Positions 19,008 through 28,771 of a stretch of DNA of 64,000 bases are shown here, in pieces. The notes under the pieces were generated by a model that was not told the origin of the DNA, searched no databases, and saw only the letters and a program-made list of their open reading frames with translations. Location of the stretch: assembly GCA_963676615.1 (NCBI GenBank), contig OY781092.1, positions 192,001-256,000 on the forward strand, given 5' to 3'. The position numbers were made by a program, and so were the translations under genes. Each line of letters starts with the position of its first letter. Within the stretch, counting starts at the first letter, position 1. The DNA is from Candidatus Cloacimonadota bacterium. GTDB lineage: Bacteria > Cloacimonadota > Cloacimonadia > G963667145.

Positions 19008-19362
19008 GATTGTTCAGTTGCCGACGCACAAAGATGCTCGGGGAAATTTGACGGTTATCGAGAAAATTTTGCCGTTTGAGGTGAAGCGAGTGTTTTTTTT
19101 GCACGGAATGTCGGATAAGCCAAGGGGATCTCACAAGCATCATCAGCTGTATGAGGCGATTGTTTGTTTGCAGGGCGAGTTCACAATGAGAATAAAAAAT
19201 AAAAACGGGCAGGACGAAATTTTTTTGCTGGATTCGCCCGAAATGTGCCTTTTGGTGCCGCCAGAAGATTTTAGAATTTTGGAATCTTTTAGCGACGATT
19301 GCCTTATTTTGGCTCTGGCTTCGTGTGAATTTGACCCCGAAGATTATATTTATGAGGTTTAA
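19000..19362 (+). CDS. FdtA/QdtA family dTDP-sugar 3,4-ketoisomerase (cupin)
   Basis: DARGNLTVIE, PFEVKRVF, RGSHKH, LALAS...DYI. Confidence 0.88.
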   Translation: MAKIVQLPTHKDARGNLTVIEKILPFEVKRVFFLHGMSDKPRGSHKHHQLYEAIVCLQGEFTMRIKNKNGQDEIFLLDSPEMCLLVPPEDFRILESFSDDCLILALASCEFDPEDYIYEV

Positions 19363-19365
19363 AAA

Positions 19366-20460
19366 ATGATCGAGTTTGAAAATTTGCAAAGACTCAATGA
19401 GCCTTTTTTTGCGGAATATTCTAAATCTTTTGAGCAAACTTTGCAAAGCGGTTGGTATATTTTGGGGAAAAATCTAGAAAAATTTGAAGCTGAGTTTGCC
19501 AAATATAATGGTGCAAAATTTTGCGTTGGTGTTGCCTCTGGTTTGGATGCGCTTTTTTTGAGCCTAAAGGCTTTGCAGCTGCCAGAAAAATCGGAAGTAC
19601 TTGTGCCGTCCAACACCTATATCGCCTCGATTTTGGCGATTGTGCAGGCAAATCTTGTGCCAGTTTTGGTGGAGCCAGATCAGGATTCGTGCAATATAAA
19701 TCCTTCTCAAATTGAAACGGCGATTACTCCCAAAACCAAGGCGATTATGCCCGTGCATCTTTATGGCAAGGTTTGTCAGATGGATAAAATTGTCGAGATT
19801 GCCCAAAAGCACAATTTAAAAATCGTGGAAGATTGCGCTCAGGCTCACGGGGCGACTTTTAAGGGGCAAAAAGCAGGAACTTTTGGTGATTTGGGAGCGT
19901 TTAGTTTTTATCCCACAAAAAATCTAGGAGCTTTGGGTGATGCTGGTGGAATAATTACCGACGACGAAAATTTGGCAGATAGGCTGCGAGTGTTGCGCAA
20001 TTACGGCTCTTGTGTTAAATATAAAAACGAGGTGGTTGGCTACAATTCGAGGTTGGACGAGATGCAAGCGGGATTTTTGTCGGTGAAGCTGAAAAATTTG
20101 GACAAAATCAACGCTCACAAAAGAGAGTTGGCAAAAATTTATTTGGGCAAGCTACGCAAAGAGTATGTTTTGCCCAGCGTTGAGGAAGATTTTTTTGATG
20201 TCTATCACATTTTCAACATTCGGCATAAGCGTCGTAACGAGTTGCAAAATTATCTTGAGAAAAATGGCGTTTTGAGCGGCATTCACTATCCGATTGCGCC
20301 CGCAAATCAAAAAGCTTTGGCAAATTATTTTGATGCAAAATATCCAATTGCCGAAAAAATCCATCAGCAGACACTCAGTTTGCCGTTGTCGTATTTTCAC
20401 ACAAAAGATGAGATAGAAAAGGTTGCCGAGCTTGTAAATCGGTTTTTGGATGAAGCCTAA
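19366..20460 (+). CDS. DegT/DnrJ/EryC1/StrS sugar aminotransferase (FdtB/QdtB-like)
   Basis: [42 protein letters not shown]. Confidence 0.92.
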   Translation: MIEFENLQRLNEPFFAEYSKSFEQTLQSGWYILGKNLEKFEAEFAKYNGAKFCVGVASGLDALFLSLKALQLPEKSEVLVPSNTYIASILAIVQANLVPVLVEPDQDSCNINPSQIETAITPKTKAIMPVHLYGKVCQMDKIVEIAQKHNLKIVEDCAQAHGATFKGQKAGTFGDLGAFSFYPTKNLGALGDAGGIITDDENLADRLRVLRNYGSCVKYKNEVVGYNSRLDEMQAGFLSVKLKNLDKINAHKRELAKIYLGKLRKEYVLPSVEEDFFDVYHIFNIRHKRRNELQNYLEKNGVLSGIHYPIAPANQKALANYFDAKYPIAEKIHQQTLSLPLSYFHTKDEIEKVAELVNRFLDEA

Positions 20461-21541
20461 AGTTCTGCATATCGACACTGAACGCTCGTGGAGAGGCGGG
20501 CAGCGTCAAGCGACTTATCTTTTTGAGTCGTTGTTTCGGCAGGGTTTTCAGACGAAAATGGTTTGTCGTCCGCAATCAAAGTTGGAAGATTTTTGCAAAG
20601 AGCGTGGTTTACCGTTTTATGCGATTCCGATGAAAAACGAGTTTTGCATATTCTCGGCGTTAAAAATAGCGAAAATTTGCAAAAAAGAGAAGTTTGCTAT
20701 TGCTCATTTGCATTCTGCGCATGCGATTGCCGTTGGTTTTTGGCTCAAAATTTTTTATCCTCAGATTAAGTTAATTGGCGTTCGTCGGGTCGATTTTCAC
20801 TTGAAAAAAAACTTTTTTAGCAAATTAAAATACGCAAAATTGGATAAGTTGGTTTGCATTTCCAAAGGAATCGAAAATGTCGTCAGGGACGATGGTTATG
20901 CGAACACTAAGGTGATATATAGCGGAATAAATTTGGCAAGGTTTGCAAACGATGAGCCGCAAGATATTTGTAAGGAATTTGGTTTCCAAAAAAATAATTT
21001 GGTCGTGGGAACGGTAGCGGCGTTGGTTGGTCACAAAGATTATCCAAATTTATTGCAGGCTGCGAAAATTGTTTGCCAAAAGAAGCCAGATGTCTCTTTT
21101 TTGGCTGTTGGTGAGGGGAAGTTGGCGCAGCAGATGCAAGATTTGCACAAAAGTTTGGATTTGGGCAATCGCTTTGTTTTTGCGGGATTTAGGGGTAATG
21201 TTGGCAGTTATCTAAAAAGTTTTGATATTTTTGTTCTTGCCTCGCATTTGGAAGGTCTCGGCACTTCGATTTTGGATGCTCAATCGCTTGGATTGCCTGT
21301 GGTTGCTTGTGCTAGCGGAGGTATTCCCGAAGCTGTTTTTGATAACGAAAATGGTTTGCTCGTTCCCAAAAAAACGCCAGAAAAACTCGCAGAAGCAATT
21401 TTGAAATTATTGGAAAGCGAAAAACTGCGTGACCAATTTGGGCAGAGGGCTAGGCAGACGGTGCAAAAATTTGACATAAAAAATACGGTGGCAAAAAATA
21501 TTGAGCTTTATCGCAAACTCCTAGACGAGCGGCGGATTTGA
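20450..21541 (+). CDS. Glycosyltransferase family 4
   Basis: [31 protein letters not shown]. Confidence 0.9.
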   Translation: MKPKVLHIDTERSWRGGQRQATYLFESLFRQGFQTKMVCRPQSKLEDFCKERGLPFYAIPMKNEFCIFSALKIAKICKKEKFAIAHLHSAHAIAVGFWLKIFYPQIKLIGVRRVDFHLKKNFFSKLKYAKLDKLVCISKGIENVVRDDGYANTKVIYSGINLARFANDEPQDICKEFGFQKNNLVVGTVAALVGHKDYPNLLQAAKIVCQKKPDVSFLAVGEGKLAQQMQDLHKSLDLGNRFVFAGFRGNVGSYLKSFDIFVLASHLEGLGTSILDAQSLGLPVVACASGGIPEAVFDNENGLLVPKKTPEKLAEAILKLLESEKLRDQFGQRARQTVQKFDIKNTVAKNIELYRKLLDERRI

Positions 21542-22404
21542 GCTGGTTTTTCTACACTTTGCTGACTTTGTTTTGCTACGGTTTTTTCGACTTTTTTTAT
21601 AAGGTGGCGGCTAATCACGATTGCAGGTCTTCTAAAATTTTGCAGTTTTCTTCGCTGACGGTGGCGATTTTTTCTCTGCTGACGATTTTATTTTTGCAAG
21701 GCGGATTTTTGCGCCCAAAGGCGATTTTGCTCTATGCGTTTATTAACTCCACATTTTTTGCAATCGGCATTATCTGCAAACTTTCGGCGCTGAAAAAAGC
21801 TCCCGCGGGCATTATTTTCCCCATCACGAAAATCAACTCGATTTTTTTGATTTTAATCGCGGTGCTTTTTTTGGGCGAGTCGCTTTTGATGCGGCAATGG
21901 CTGGGGGTTGCGCTCTCTTTTTTGATGGTGGTTTACATCAACTTTAATCTCAAAGACGAGGTAGAAAACGCGAAAAAGTTTTCTGGCAGGATGCAGAGGC
22001 AAGGCGTTTTTTTGGCAATTTTGGCGGCGATTTCCACGGCGATTTCGATGCTCACGGGCAAATTGGCGGTTGCGCAGGTGCAGATTTTTTCGTATATGTT
22101 TGCCTCCTATTTTTTGGTGTGGTGCAATTCATTTTGGCTGGGTCGCCTGGAGAAAGTAAATTCTTGCGCCTCTTTTGCTGAGCTGAAGTTCGGGCTGATT
22201 ATTGGCGTTTTGAATTTTGCGGGCTATTTTTGTTTTTTGAAATCGGTGCAGCTGGGACCTCTTGCGCTGGTGCAAGGCATTAACTCCAATGTGTTTATCA
22301 TTCCGATTTTGCTTTCGGTTTTGATTTACAAGGAGAGGTTCGATTTTCGCAAATTTCTGATTTTGATTTTGACGCTTGCGTGTATTTTCTTGATAAAAAG
22401 TTAG
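21538..22404 (+). CDS. EamA/DMT family transporter
   Basis: About 10 TM segments in two repeats, FLGE and IYKE motifs. Confidence 0.8.
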   Translation: MSWFFYTLLTLFCYGFFDFFYKVAANHDCRSSKILQFSSLTVAIFSLLTILFLQGGFLRPKAILLYAFINSTFFAIGIICKLSALKKAPAGIIFPITKINSIFLILIAVLFLGESLLMRQWLGVALSFLMVVYINFNLKDEVENAKKFSGRMQRQGVFLAILAAISTAISMLTGKLAVAQVQIFSYMFASYFLVWCNSFWLGRLEKVNSCASFAELKFGLIIGVLNFAGYFCFLKSVQLGPLALVQGINSNVFIIPILLSVLIYKERFDFRKFLILILTLACIFLIKS

Positions 22405-22512
22405 ATAGCGAGTTTGCGTTTTGCCGAGCATTTTTGTGGTTGACAATTATTTTAATTTTCCAAAAAGGTAATAGAAATTATCCTGAAAAAAAATGGAATT
22501 TAAGGAGAGAAA

Positions 22513-23679
22513 ATGAAAAAGGTGATGAAAACTTTTTTAGTTTTGAGTTTGCTTGGGTTTTTTGCGTGTAATAAAAAAAGCGGTGATTTGGTGCTGGCGT
22601 CGTCTGCTGGTGTGCAGGTGAACTCTTCGGTGATTGAGAAGATTTTGCAAGATTTGCCGGAGCAAAGCAAGTCTGAGCTGGAAAATAGCAAACAGGCGAT
22701 GGAAGATTTTGTGATGAACACCGCAACGCAGCTGGCGTCAATCGACATTATTGCCAAAAAGGCGAAAGAGGCGGGCGTGGAAGATGGGCAGGATTATAAG
22801 ACGCGTTTGAGTTTGGGAGAGCAGGAGCTGCTTATTCGGATTTTTGTAGCGCAGAAGTTTACGGCGAAAGAGGAAGATTTGAGCGATGAGCAGTTGCGGG
22901 CTGAATATGATAAGATTAAGGCGACTCGCTCGAAAGAGGAGCTGAAGAATTTCCCAGAGTTTGAAGCGGTGAAGGCTAGAATTAAACAGCAGCTGGTTTC
23001 GCAAAAGGCGCAGGAGCAGTTTCAGGCTTTTGTTGCGCCGCTGACAGCGAAGGTGGAGATTGATCAGGCGAATGTTGCCAAGGTTGCCGACGATTTTTAC
23101 AAGGGTAAAGATTTGGACGATAAGGTGGTGATTTCCAAGGTTGGCGATGCGTCGATTACTGTGGGCGATTTGCTTTTGTCGCTTGGGGATATTTCGCTGG
23201 AGGATGTCAGAAAGCAGGTGAAGAGTAAGCAAGAGGCGGAGCAGTTTTTTGCGAAGTCGGCGGAAAATTTGGGCGTTAATGTGCAGATCGAGCAGATTGC
23301 CAAGGATGAGGGAGTTGAAAAGAGTGAGCAGTTTGCCGCGGAGTTGAAAGAGATCGAGAAGATTTTGCTGGTGAATATTTATTTGCAGGACGAGCTTTTT
23401 GCGGATTTGCAGGTGGATGATGCGCAGGTGAAGGCGGAGTATGAGAAGATTAAGGCGAGCAACAAAGATTTGGGCCCGCTGAGCGAGGTTGCGGACAGGA
23501 TCAAGGCGCAGCTGCTGGCGGTGGAGCAGGAGAGATTGGTGATGGGATATTTGGAGACACTTAAGGCTGAAATCGAGTTGAACAGGGCGGCGATTGACGA
23601 TTTTGTGTATCAAAATTTGAGCAAGGACGCCAAAGACGCTTGGGACGACGAAAAGGGTGATGAGGCTAGCGAAAAGTAG
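22513..23679 (+). CDS. Lipoprotein with two SurA/PrsA-like chaperone repeats and no parvulin domain
   Basis: Lipobox-like LLGFFAC; duplicated AK..G.E...[10 protein letters not shown]...F/L.EV...IK..L units. Confidence 0.65.
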   Translation: MKKVMKTFLVLSLLGFFACNKKSGDLVLASSAGVQVNSSVIEKILQDLPEQSKSELENSKQAMEDFVMNTATQLASIDIIAKKAKEAGVEDGQDYKTRLSLGEQELLIRIFVAQKFTAKEEDLSDEQLRAEYDKIKATRSKEELKNFPEFEAVKARIKQQLVSQKAQEQFQAFVAPLTAKVEIDQANVAKVADDFYKGKDLDDKVVISKVGDASITVGDLLLSLGDISLEDVRKQVKSKQEAEQFFAKSAENLGVNVQIEQIAKDEGVEKSEQFAAELKEIEKILLVNIYLQDELFADLQVDDAQVKAEYEKIKASNKDLGPLSEVADRIKAQLLAVEQERLVMGYLETLKAEIELNRAAIDDFVYQNLSKDAKDAWDDEKGDEASEK

Positions 23680-23697
23680 GGTTTCGCGCTTTTTTTT
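23669..23697 (+). terminator. Possible intrinsic terminator
   Basis: GCGAAA-loop-TTTCGC followed shortly by a T run, spanning the stop of the lipoprotein gene. Confidence 0.4.
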
Positions 23698-23713
23698 GAA
23701 AAAAAATACGATA

Positions 23714-24133
23714 ATGGGCAAGGTAGTTTTTACTAACGGTTGTTTCGATTTGTTGCATGCTGGGCATGTGGCGTATCTGCAAGAGGCGGCGTCGCTGGGC
23801 GATTTTTTGATTGTGGGGCTCAATAGCGACGAGTCGGTCAGGCGGCTCAAAGGAGATTTGCGTCCGATAAATCCGCAGAATGAGCGAAAAGCGGTGCTCG
23901 AGGGTTTGGCGTGCGTGGATAAAGTGGTTATTTTTGAGGAAGATACGCCGCTTCAGTTGATCGAGCAAATCAAGCCAGATGTGCTGGTGAAAGGCGGTGA
24001 TTGGAGCCCAGAGCAGATTGTGGGCAGCGATTTTGTCCTTGCCCGAGGTGGACAGGTGCGGAGTCTTCGGTTTGTGCAGGGGTTGTCTTCGACGAATATG
24101 ATCGAAAAAATTTTGCAGGCGTATGGAAGATAA
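23714..24133 (+). CDS. rfaE2: D-glycero-beta-D-manno-heptose 1-phosphate adenylyltransferase
   Basis: [37 protein letters not shown]. Confidence 0.93.
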   Translation: MGKVVFTNGCFDLLHAGHVAYLQEAASLGDFLIVGLNSDESVRRLKGDLRPINPQNERKAVLEGLACVDKVVIFEEDTPLQLIEQIKPDVLVKGGDWSPEQIVGSDFVLARGGQVRSLRFVQGLSSTNMIEKILQAYGR

Positions 24134-24512
24134 TCAAGAGTATGGCGTTGTGCGAGCGCGCAGCGGAAATAGCTATACGCTGGAGCTTGGCAACGAGGGA
24201 GGCTGTCACGGCTGTCTTTTGGCTGGAGTTTGTAATCATCAGAACAAGACGGTCGAGGTGCAATCGGAGCTAGATTTGTCTTTGGGGCAAAAAGTGGCTC
24301 TGGAGGTGAAGCCGAGCGACAGGATTTTGTCGTCGTTTGTGATTTTTGTGGTGCCGATTGTTTTGATGATAATTTTTTATTTTTTGGGTGGTTTGTTTCT
24401 GGATTTTGAATCTGGGCAAATCATCTTTTCGTTTGTTGGCTTGGCTTTTGGTGGTTTGCTTATTTGGCTGATCGACAAGCGCGCGAAGATTGAAGTGGAG
24501 ATAAGAAAATGA
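24123..24512 (+). CDS. RseC/MucC family protein
   Basis: CHGC...C motif followed by two TM helices. Confidence 0.75.
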   Translation: MEDNQEYGVVRARSGNSYTLELGNEGGCHGCLLAGVCNHQNKTVEVQSELDLSLGQKVALEVKPSDRILSSFVIFVVPIVLMIIFYFLGGLFLDFESGQIIFSFVGLAFGGLLIWLIDKRAKIEVEIRK

Positions 24513-25231
24513 TAGCGACGATTATTTTGGCTGCTGGCAAAGGCACTCGGATGGACTCGCCTTTGCCGAAAGTGGCGATAGATTTTTTGGGGAAGCCGAT
24601 GATTTGTCGGGTGATAGAGGTCGCTCAAGATTTCGGCAGTCAAAAAATTTGTGTGGTGGTTGGCTACAAAAAAGAGGTTGTGCAGTCGGTGGTTTGTGCG
24701 CCTGTCGATTTTGTGGAGCAGCAGCAGCAGCTGGGCACAGGCGATGCGGTGAATGTGTGCGGGCAGGTTTTGCAAGATTTTGCGGGGACTGTAGTTGTGC
24801 TGTGCGGCGATACGCCAGTTTTGAGCGCCAAGACGATTTCGCATCTGATCGAACATCACTGCGCGGGCGAATATAAATGCACTGTTTTGACGGCGAAGAT
24901 GGACGACCCAGCCAGCTATGGGCGCATTGTGCGTGATTCCGCTGGTGAGCTGGACAGAATCGTGGAGTATAAAGATGCGTCGGACGAAATTCGTCGCTTG
25001 CAGGAGATAAACAGCGGGATTTACTGCTTCGAGGCGAAGTTTTTGTTTCGGGCGTTGCAATCGGTGAACAGTGATAACGCTCAGGGCGAGTATTATCTAA
25101 CCGACACGATTGCCATTCTCAAATCTCAAGGGCACAAAGTCGGCGCCTTCGTTTGCCAAAATCCGCTGGAGATAACGGGCGTTAACTCGATGGCGGAGCT
25201 AAAAGAGCTGGAGAAAAGTTACAAAGCGTAG
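24509..25231 (+). CDS. Stand-alone sugar-phosphate nucleotidyltransferase (GlmU N-terminal domain)
   Basis: ILAAGKGTRMDS, QLGTGDA, CGDTP, YGRIVR, EINSGIY, NAQGEYYLTD; no hexapeptide domain. Confidence 0.88.
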   Translation: MIATIILAAGKGTRMDSPLPKVAIDFLGKPMICRVIEVAQDFGSQKICVVVGYKKEVVQSVVCAPVDFVEQQQQLGTGDAVNVCGQVLQDFAGTVVVLCGDTPVLSAKTISHLIEHHCAGEYKCTVLTAKMDDPASYGRIVRDSAGELDRIVEYKDASDEIRRLQEINSGIYCFEAKFLFRALQSVNSDNAQGEYYLTDTIAILKSQGHKVGAFVCQNPLEITGVNSMAELKELEKSYKA

Positions 25232-25242
25232 CTTTTTTTATT

Positions 25243-27210
25243 TTAGGGCGTAATTCGGCGCTGTTTGTAGAGCGTGTAGGCGCTTTGCTCGATGGCGTAA
25301 ACTTTCTTGAGCAAATTGTTTTGCAAGATTTTTTCGTCGGCAACTTTTTGATTTGTCCAAAGGCGATAAAGCTCGCTTTTTTCGCTGCCGAAATCTCCCG
25401 TGAGGTAGTAGTCGCCTTGCAGATAGCCGAATTTGGAGTTGCGAACGATGAAGGCGTAATCTTCTGCCGACGATTTTTTGCGCAGGTCTTTTCCCCAAAA
25501 GCTGGCTTCGTAGCTCATATTCAGAATTCCCAAAATCGTTGGTGTGATGTCCATTTGGTTGCTTAAATGTTCGATTTTGCCCGAGCTGATGTGGTGTGGA
25601 GCGTAGAACAGAGCGGGGACGAAAGATTTGCGATAGTCGAACGGCAAGTCGCGGTGCAAAGTTTTGGAGTGGTCGCCAACGAAGACGAAAAGCGTGTTTT
25701 TGAAGTAAGGTTTTTTGCGCATTTTGCTCATAAATTGCCCGATGCACCAGTCCACATATTTGAAAGTGTTGTAGTTGGATTGCAGCTCGCCGCCGTGCAT
25801 CACTTGCCCGAAGCGGTAGTCTGGCACGGTGTAGGGCGGATGGTTGGTGAGGCTCATCATCGCAAGGAGAAACGGCGTGTTTTGGGCGAAAGCGGTGTCG
25901 GCAATTTCGATCATTTTGTTCAGAACCAGCTCGTCGGGGACGCCCCATTTATTGAGAAAATCTTGGTGATTGAAGCTCTGTCTGCCCACGAAATTATCAA
26001 ACCCCTTGTTTATCAAAAAGCCTTGCATATTGTCGTATTGGAGCTCGCCGCCGTGGCAGAACCAGGTCTGGTAGTTTTTGCTTTTGAGCACCGACGCCAG
26101 CGTCGAGATTTTTTGCTGTCCCTCGGTTTGCTCCATCATCGATTTGCCCACAAGCGGAGGCCACGAGCAGAGCGTCGCGGAGATGCCTTTGTTCGTTCTT
26201 TGTCCGCAGGAAAAAAATTGCGTGCAAAGTAGCCCCTTTTTTGCCAAAGCGTCGAAATTCGGTGTCAGATTTTTGTTGAATCCTGTGGCTCCTGTGAACT
26301 CTGCGCAAAACTCCTCCAAGATAATCAGCACGACATTGAGGTCTTTTTGCGTGCCGTGCGCGGTGACTTTTTTGTAGAATGGGTAGCTGCTGTTCAAAAA
26401 ATTTCCTGGAGCGATTTTTTTTTGGGCGTATTCGATTGCGGCTTGGTTTGTTTTGAAATAGCGAATTTTTTCGTTCAAGTTCTCTTTGGCGATTTTTTGC
26501 GAGTAGTAGATGTTGCGATAGAGGTTGAAAATCGGGTTGAGCGCCAGCTGGTTGACGAGGTTGTTTTTGGAGAAGAAAGCCTTGCCCCAGTTGACTTGGC
26601 TGTTGCCGAGGGATCCTCTTGCGGCGACGAAAAGTCCGCCTGCGAGGATTATGAAGAAGAAAAATCTTTTGCCGAGATTGAGGACGCTCAGCTTGGTTTT
26701 TTGCGGTTTGACTTTGATAATCAGGTGCGCAAGGTAGAGGTAGAGGGCGCTCACGAGCAGGAACGCGAGCGCATACCAGACGACGGGGAAGTCGGAGTAG
26801 ATCATCTCCCACAAAACGCCGAGGTTGTCGTTGAGATATTCGATGCTGGTGAGGTTCAGGTGTGAGTTGTAAACGCCGAAAAACTCAATATCCACAAGGG
26901 TTAAGGCGAAAATTATCAGGAAGCAAATCGCCAAAAGATAGCCGAAAAGTGACCTTGAGATTTGCGAAAATTCCACGCCCAAAAACGGCAAAATTCCCAA
27001 AAGAAAAAATGGGGCAAAAAGATACGCCAGCAAGCTGCTATCTAGTTGCGCACCAATGAGAAACGCTTGTGATAGCTCCTGCCACGGCAAATGCGTGAGG
27101 TCGGCAGAAAATTTGTAGAGGAACAAGCCTCTGGCGATGGTCAACATCAGCAAGTCAAGCACAAAAAATTTGCAAAAAAACTTGTAGTTATAGGGGAAAA
27201 TTGGTCTCAT
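25243..27210 (-). CDS. LTA synthase (LtaS)/phosphoglycerol transferase family sulfatase-fold membrane protein
   Basis: About five N-terminal TM segments; NVVLIILEE, TPNFD, RTNKG (catalytic Thr position), NHPPY, FVGDH, QMDITPTIL. Confidence 0.88.
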   Translation of the reverse strand: MRPIFPYNYKFFCKFFVLDLLMLTIARGLFLYKFSADLTHLPWQELSQAFLIGAQLDSSLLAYLFAPFFLLGILPFLGVEFSQISRSLFGYLLAICFLIIFALTLVDIEFFGVYNSHLNLTSIEYLNDNLGVLWEMIYSDFPVVWYALAFLLVSALYLYLAHLIIKVKPQKTKLSVLNLGKRFFFFIILAGGLFVAARGSLGNSQVNWGKAFFSKNNLVNQLALNPIFNLYRNIYYSQKIAKENLNEKIRYFKTNQAAIEYAQKKIAPGNFLNSSYPFYKKVTAHGTQKDLNVVLIILEEFCAEFTGATGFNKNLTPNFDALAKKGLLCTQFFSCGQRTNKGISATLCSWPPLVGKSMMEQTEGQQKISTLASVLKSKNYQTWFCHGGELQYDNMQGFLINKGFDNFVGRQSFNHQDFLNKWGVPDELVLNKMIEIADTAFAQNTPFLLAMMSLTNHPPYTVPDYRFGQVMHGGELQSNYNTFKYVDWCIGQFMSKMRKKPYFKNTLFVFVGDHSKTLHRDLPFDYRKSFVPALFYAPHHISSGKIEHLSNQMDITPTILGILNMSYEASFWGKDLRKKSSAEDYAFIVRNSKFGYLQGDYYLTGDFGSEKSELYRLWTNQKVADEKILQNNLLKKVYAIEQSAYTLYKQRRITP

Positions 27211-27698
27211 AAATCCTCTTTAATTGGGTGATTTGTCAGCAGGTTAGCGATTTTTTCGATTTCTGTGTTGGCGTTATACACGGGCAGATTTTTGTATTTC
27301 AGGTAGCAGTTGGCGTAAATCCCGCAGATGCAGTCTGTTAGCTGCAAATCGGCGGCGTCTAGTTCGCTCTCCTGTTTTGCGCAAAAAATTCGGTAGTCGA
27401 ATTTGGTGGTAAGGTTTTCGCCGATTAAAAAATCTGCGTGAATTTTGGTTAAAATCTCTTGCAAATCGGTTTGATTGCTTTGGCAGACGAAAGTTTGCTG
27501 GTTGTCGCGGGCGATGATTGAGTCGGCGCCAGCTTGCTTGGCTCTGCCCGTGTCGGAGTTTTTTTTGTCGATGCTGATGGCAGGCGAGAGCTTCAGATAG
27601 GCGACGGTGTAGCCAAGGGCTTTTAGGGATTTGATGATTTTTACCGCAGTGGTGGTTTTTCCAGAGCCTTTAGCGCCTTGAATTGCAACGACTTTCAT
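27207..27698 (-). CDS. mobB: Molybdopterin-guanine dinucleotide biosynthesis protein B-like GTPase
   Basis: MKVVAIQGAKGSGKTTT, D..NSDTGR...AGAD; ATGA overlaps. Confidence 0.75.
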   Translation of the reverse strand: MKVVAIQGAKGSGKTTTAVKIIKSLKALGYTVAYLKLSPAISIDKKNSDTGRAKQAGADSIIARDNQQTFVCQSNQTDLQEILTKIHADFLIGENLTTKFDYRIFCAKQESELDAADLQLTDCICGIYANCYLKYKNLPVYNANTEIEKIANLLTNHPIKEDL

Positions 27699-28771
27699 CT
27701 TTCGGCAAGCAGTTTTTTTATCTGTGCGCAGACTCGCTTGGAGGCGTTTTTGTCGCAATAATCGTAGATGAAATTTTTATCGTGCTCCAATTTTTTTAGC
27801 CGTTCAGCGCTTGGATTGCAAGCCTCCAGCAGGGCGTTTGGTAGCTGTTTGCCAGAATCGATGTGCAAAAAACTTTTCAGCCAAGAGTCGATATTTTCTT
27901 GCAAAACAGATTGCCCGTCGGAGTGTTTTGCGTCGGTCGTGTAGATGATGCCGACTTTGTCCATCGCCAAAAATTCGTTCATCACGCTGGAGCCCTCGGT
28001 GATGAGCGTGTCGGCTGCCACCATAAACGGCATAATGTTCACTTGGTTTTCGGGAATGAGAGTCAGATGCGGGCACTTTTGCGCGATTTTTTCGACGAGG
28101 CGATGCTGGCTGTGTTTGGCGTATTTTCCGCCCCAAGAGTATGGGTGCAACTTGATTATCACATTGTAATCAAGGCAGTTAGCTAGATGCGGTGTTAGTT
28201 CAAAAATCGAAGTGGGTTTGTATGACGGAGCGTAGAGGACGATTTTTTTTTGCGGGTCGAGTCGCAGCTGGTTGATGACTTTTTCCCGCGAATAACTTCC
28301 GTCGAAAAGCTGGTCAAGTTTTGGCAGCCCCAGCGCATAGATGTCGCTAGCTGGCAGATATTTTTCCAAAATTTTTTGCCGATAGCTGCCTTCCACAAAT
28401 CTGATGTAGCGTACTTTCCCGGCTTGCTGGGCGAGTTTGCGGTATCGCTGAGTTTTGATGCTCACGGCGTGTTCGATGTTGCACAGCAGGGCGCCTCCAT
28501 ATTCCTGCGGATTTTTCAGTGTGTCGCCGCAGATAACGGCGTCGAAGCCTTTGGTTTGCTCGGTCAGGCGATAGCCCGCAAATTTTTGGGCAACTTTTTT
28601 GGTTTGCGAGAGCAGAAAAATTCCCCAAAATCTTTTTTGCATTTTGCCGATTCGCAGGTAAAGTTCTAGCTGTTCGTCTTGGCACATCTGATGCCACAGC
28701 GGCGCAAAACTCATCCAGTAATACTCTTGCGCAAGGTCGAAAACGATTTTGTATTTTCTTGATTTGGTCAT
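27695..28771 (-). CDS. CDP-glycerol glycerophosphotransferase (TagB/TagF) family protein
   Basis: GLPKLD, VLYAPSY, IKLHP, ADTLITEGSSVMNEF; start at ATG 28771 overlapping the upstream stop. Confidence 0.8.
   Translation of the reverse strand: MTKSRKYKIVFDLAQEYYWMSFAPLWHQMCQDEQLELYLRIGKMQKRFWGIFLLSQTKKVAQKFAGYRLTEQTKGFDAVICGDTLKNPQEYGGALLCNIEHAVSIKTQRYRKLAQQAGKVRYIRFVEGSYRQKILEKYLPASDIYALGLPKLDQLFDGSYSREKVINQLRLDPQKKIVLYAPSYKPTSIFELTPHLANCLDYNVIIKLHPYSWGGKYAKHSQHRLVEKIAQKCPHLTLIPENQVNIMPFMVAADTLITEGSSVMNEFLAMDKVGIIYTTDAKHSDGQSVLQENIDSWLKSFLHIDSGKQLPNALLEACNPSAERLKKLEHDKNFIYDYCDKNASKRVCAQIKKLLAER

Noticed and set aside
8062..21541. Phase variation through homopolymer tracts in glycosyltransferases
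   Set aside because: A/T runs of 7-9 nt occur throughout the window, there are no long G/C tracts, and all frames are intact.
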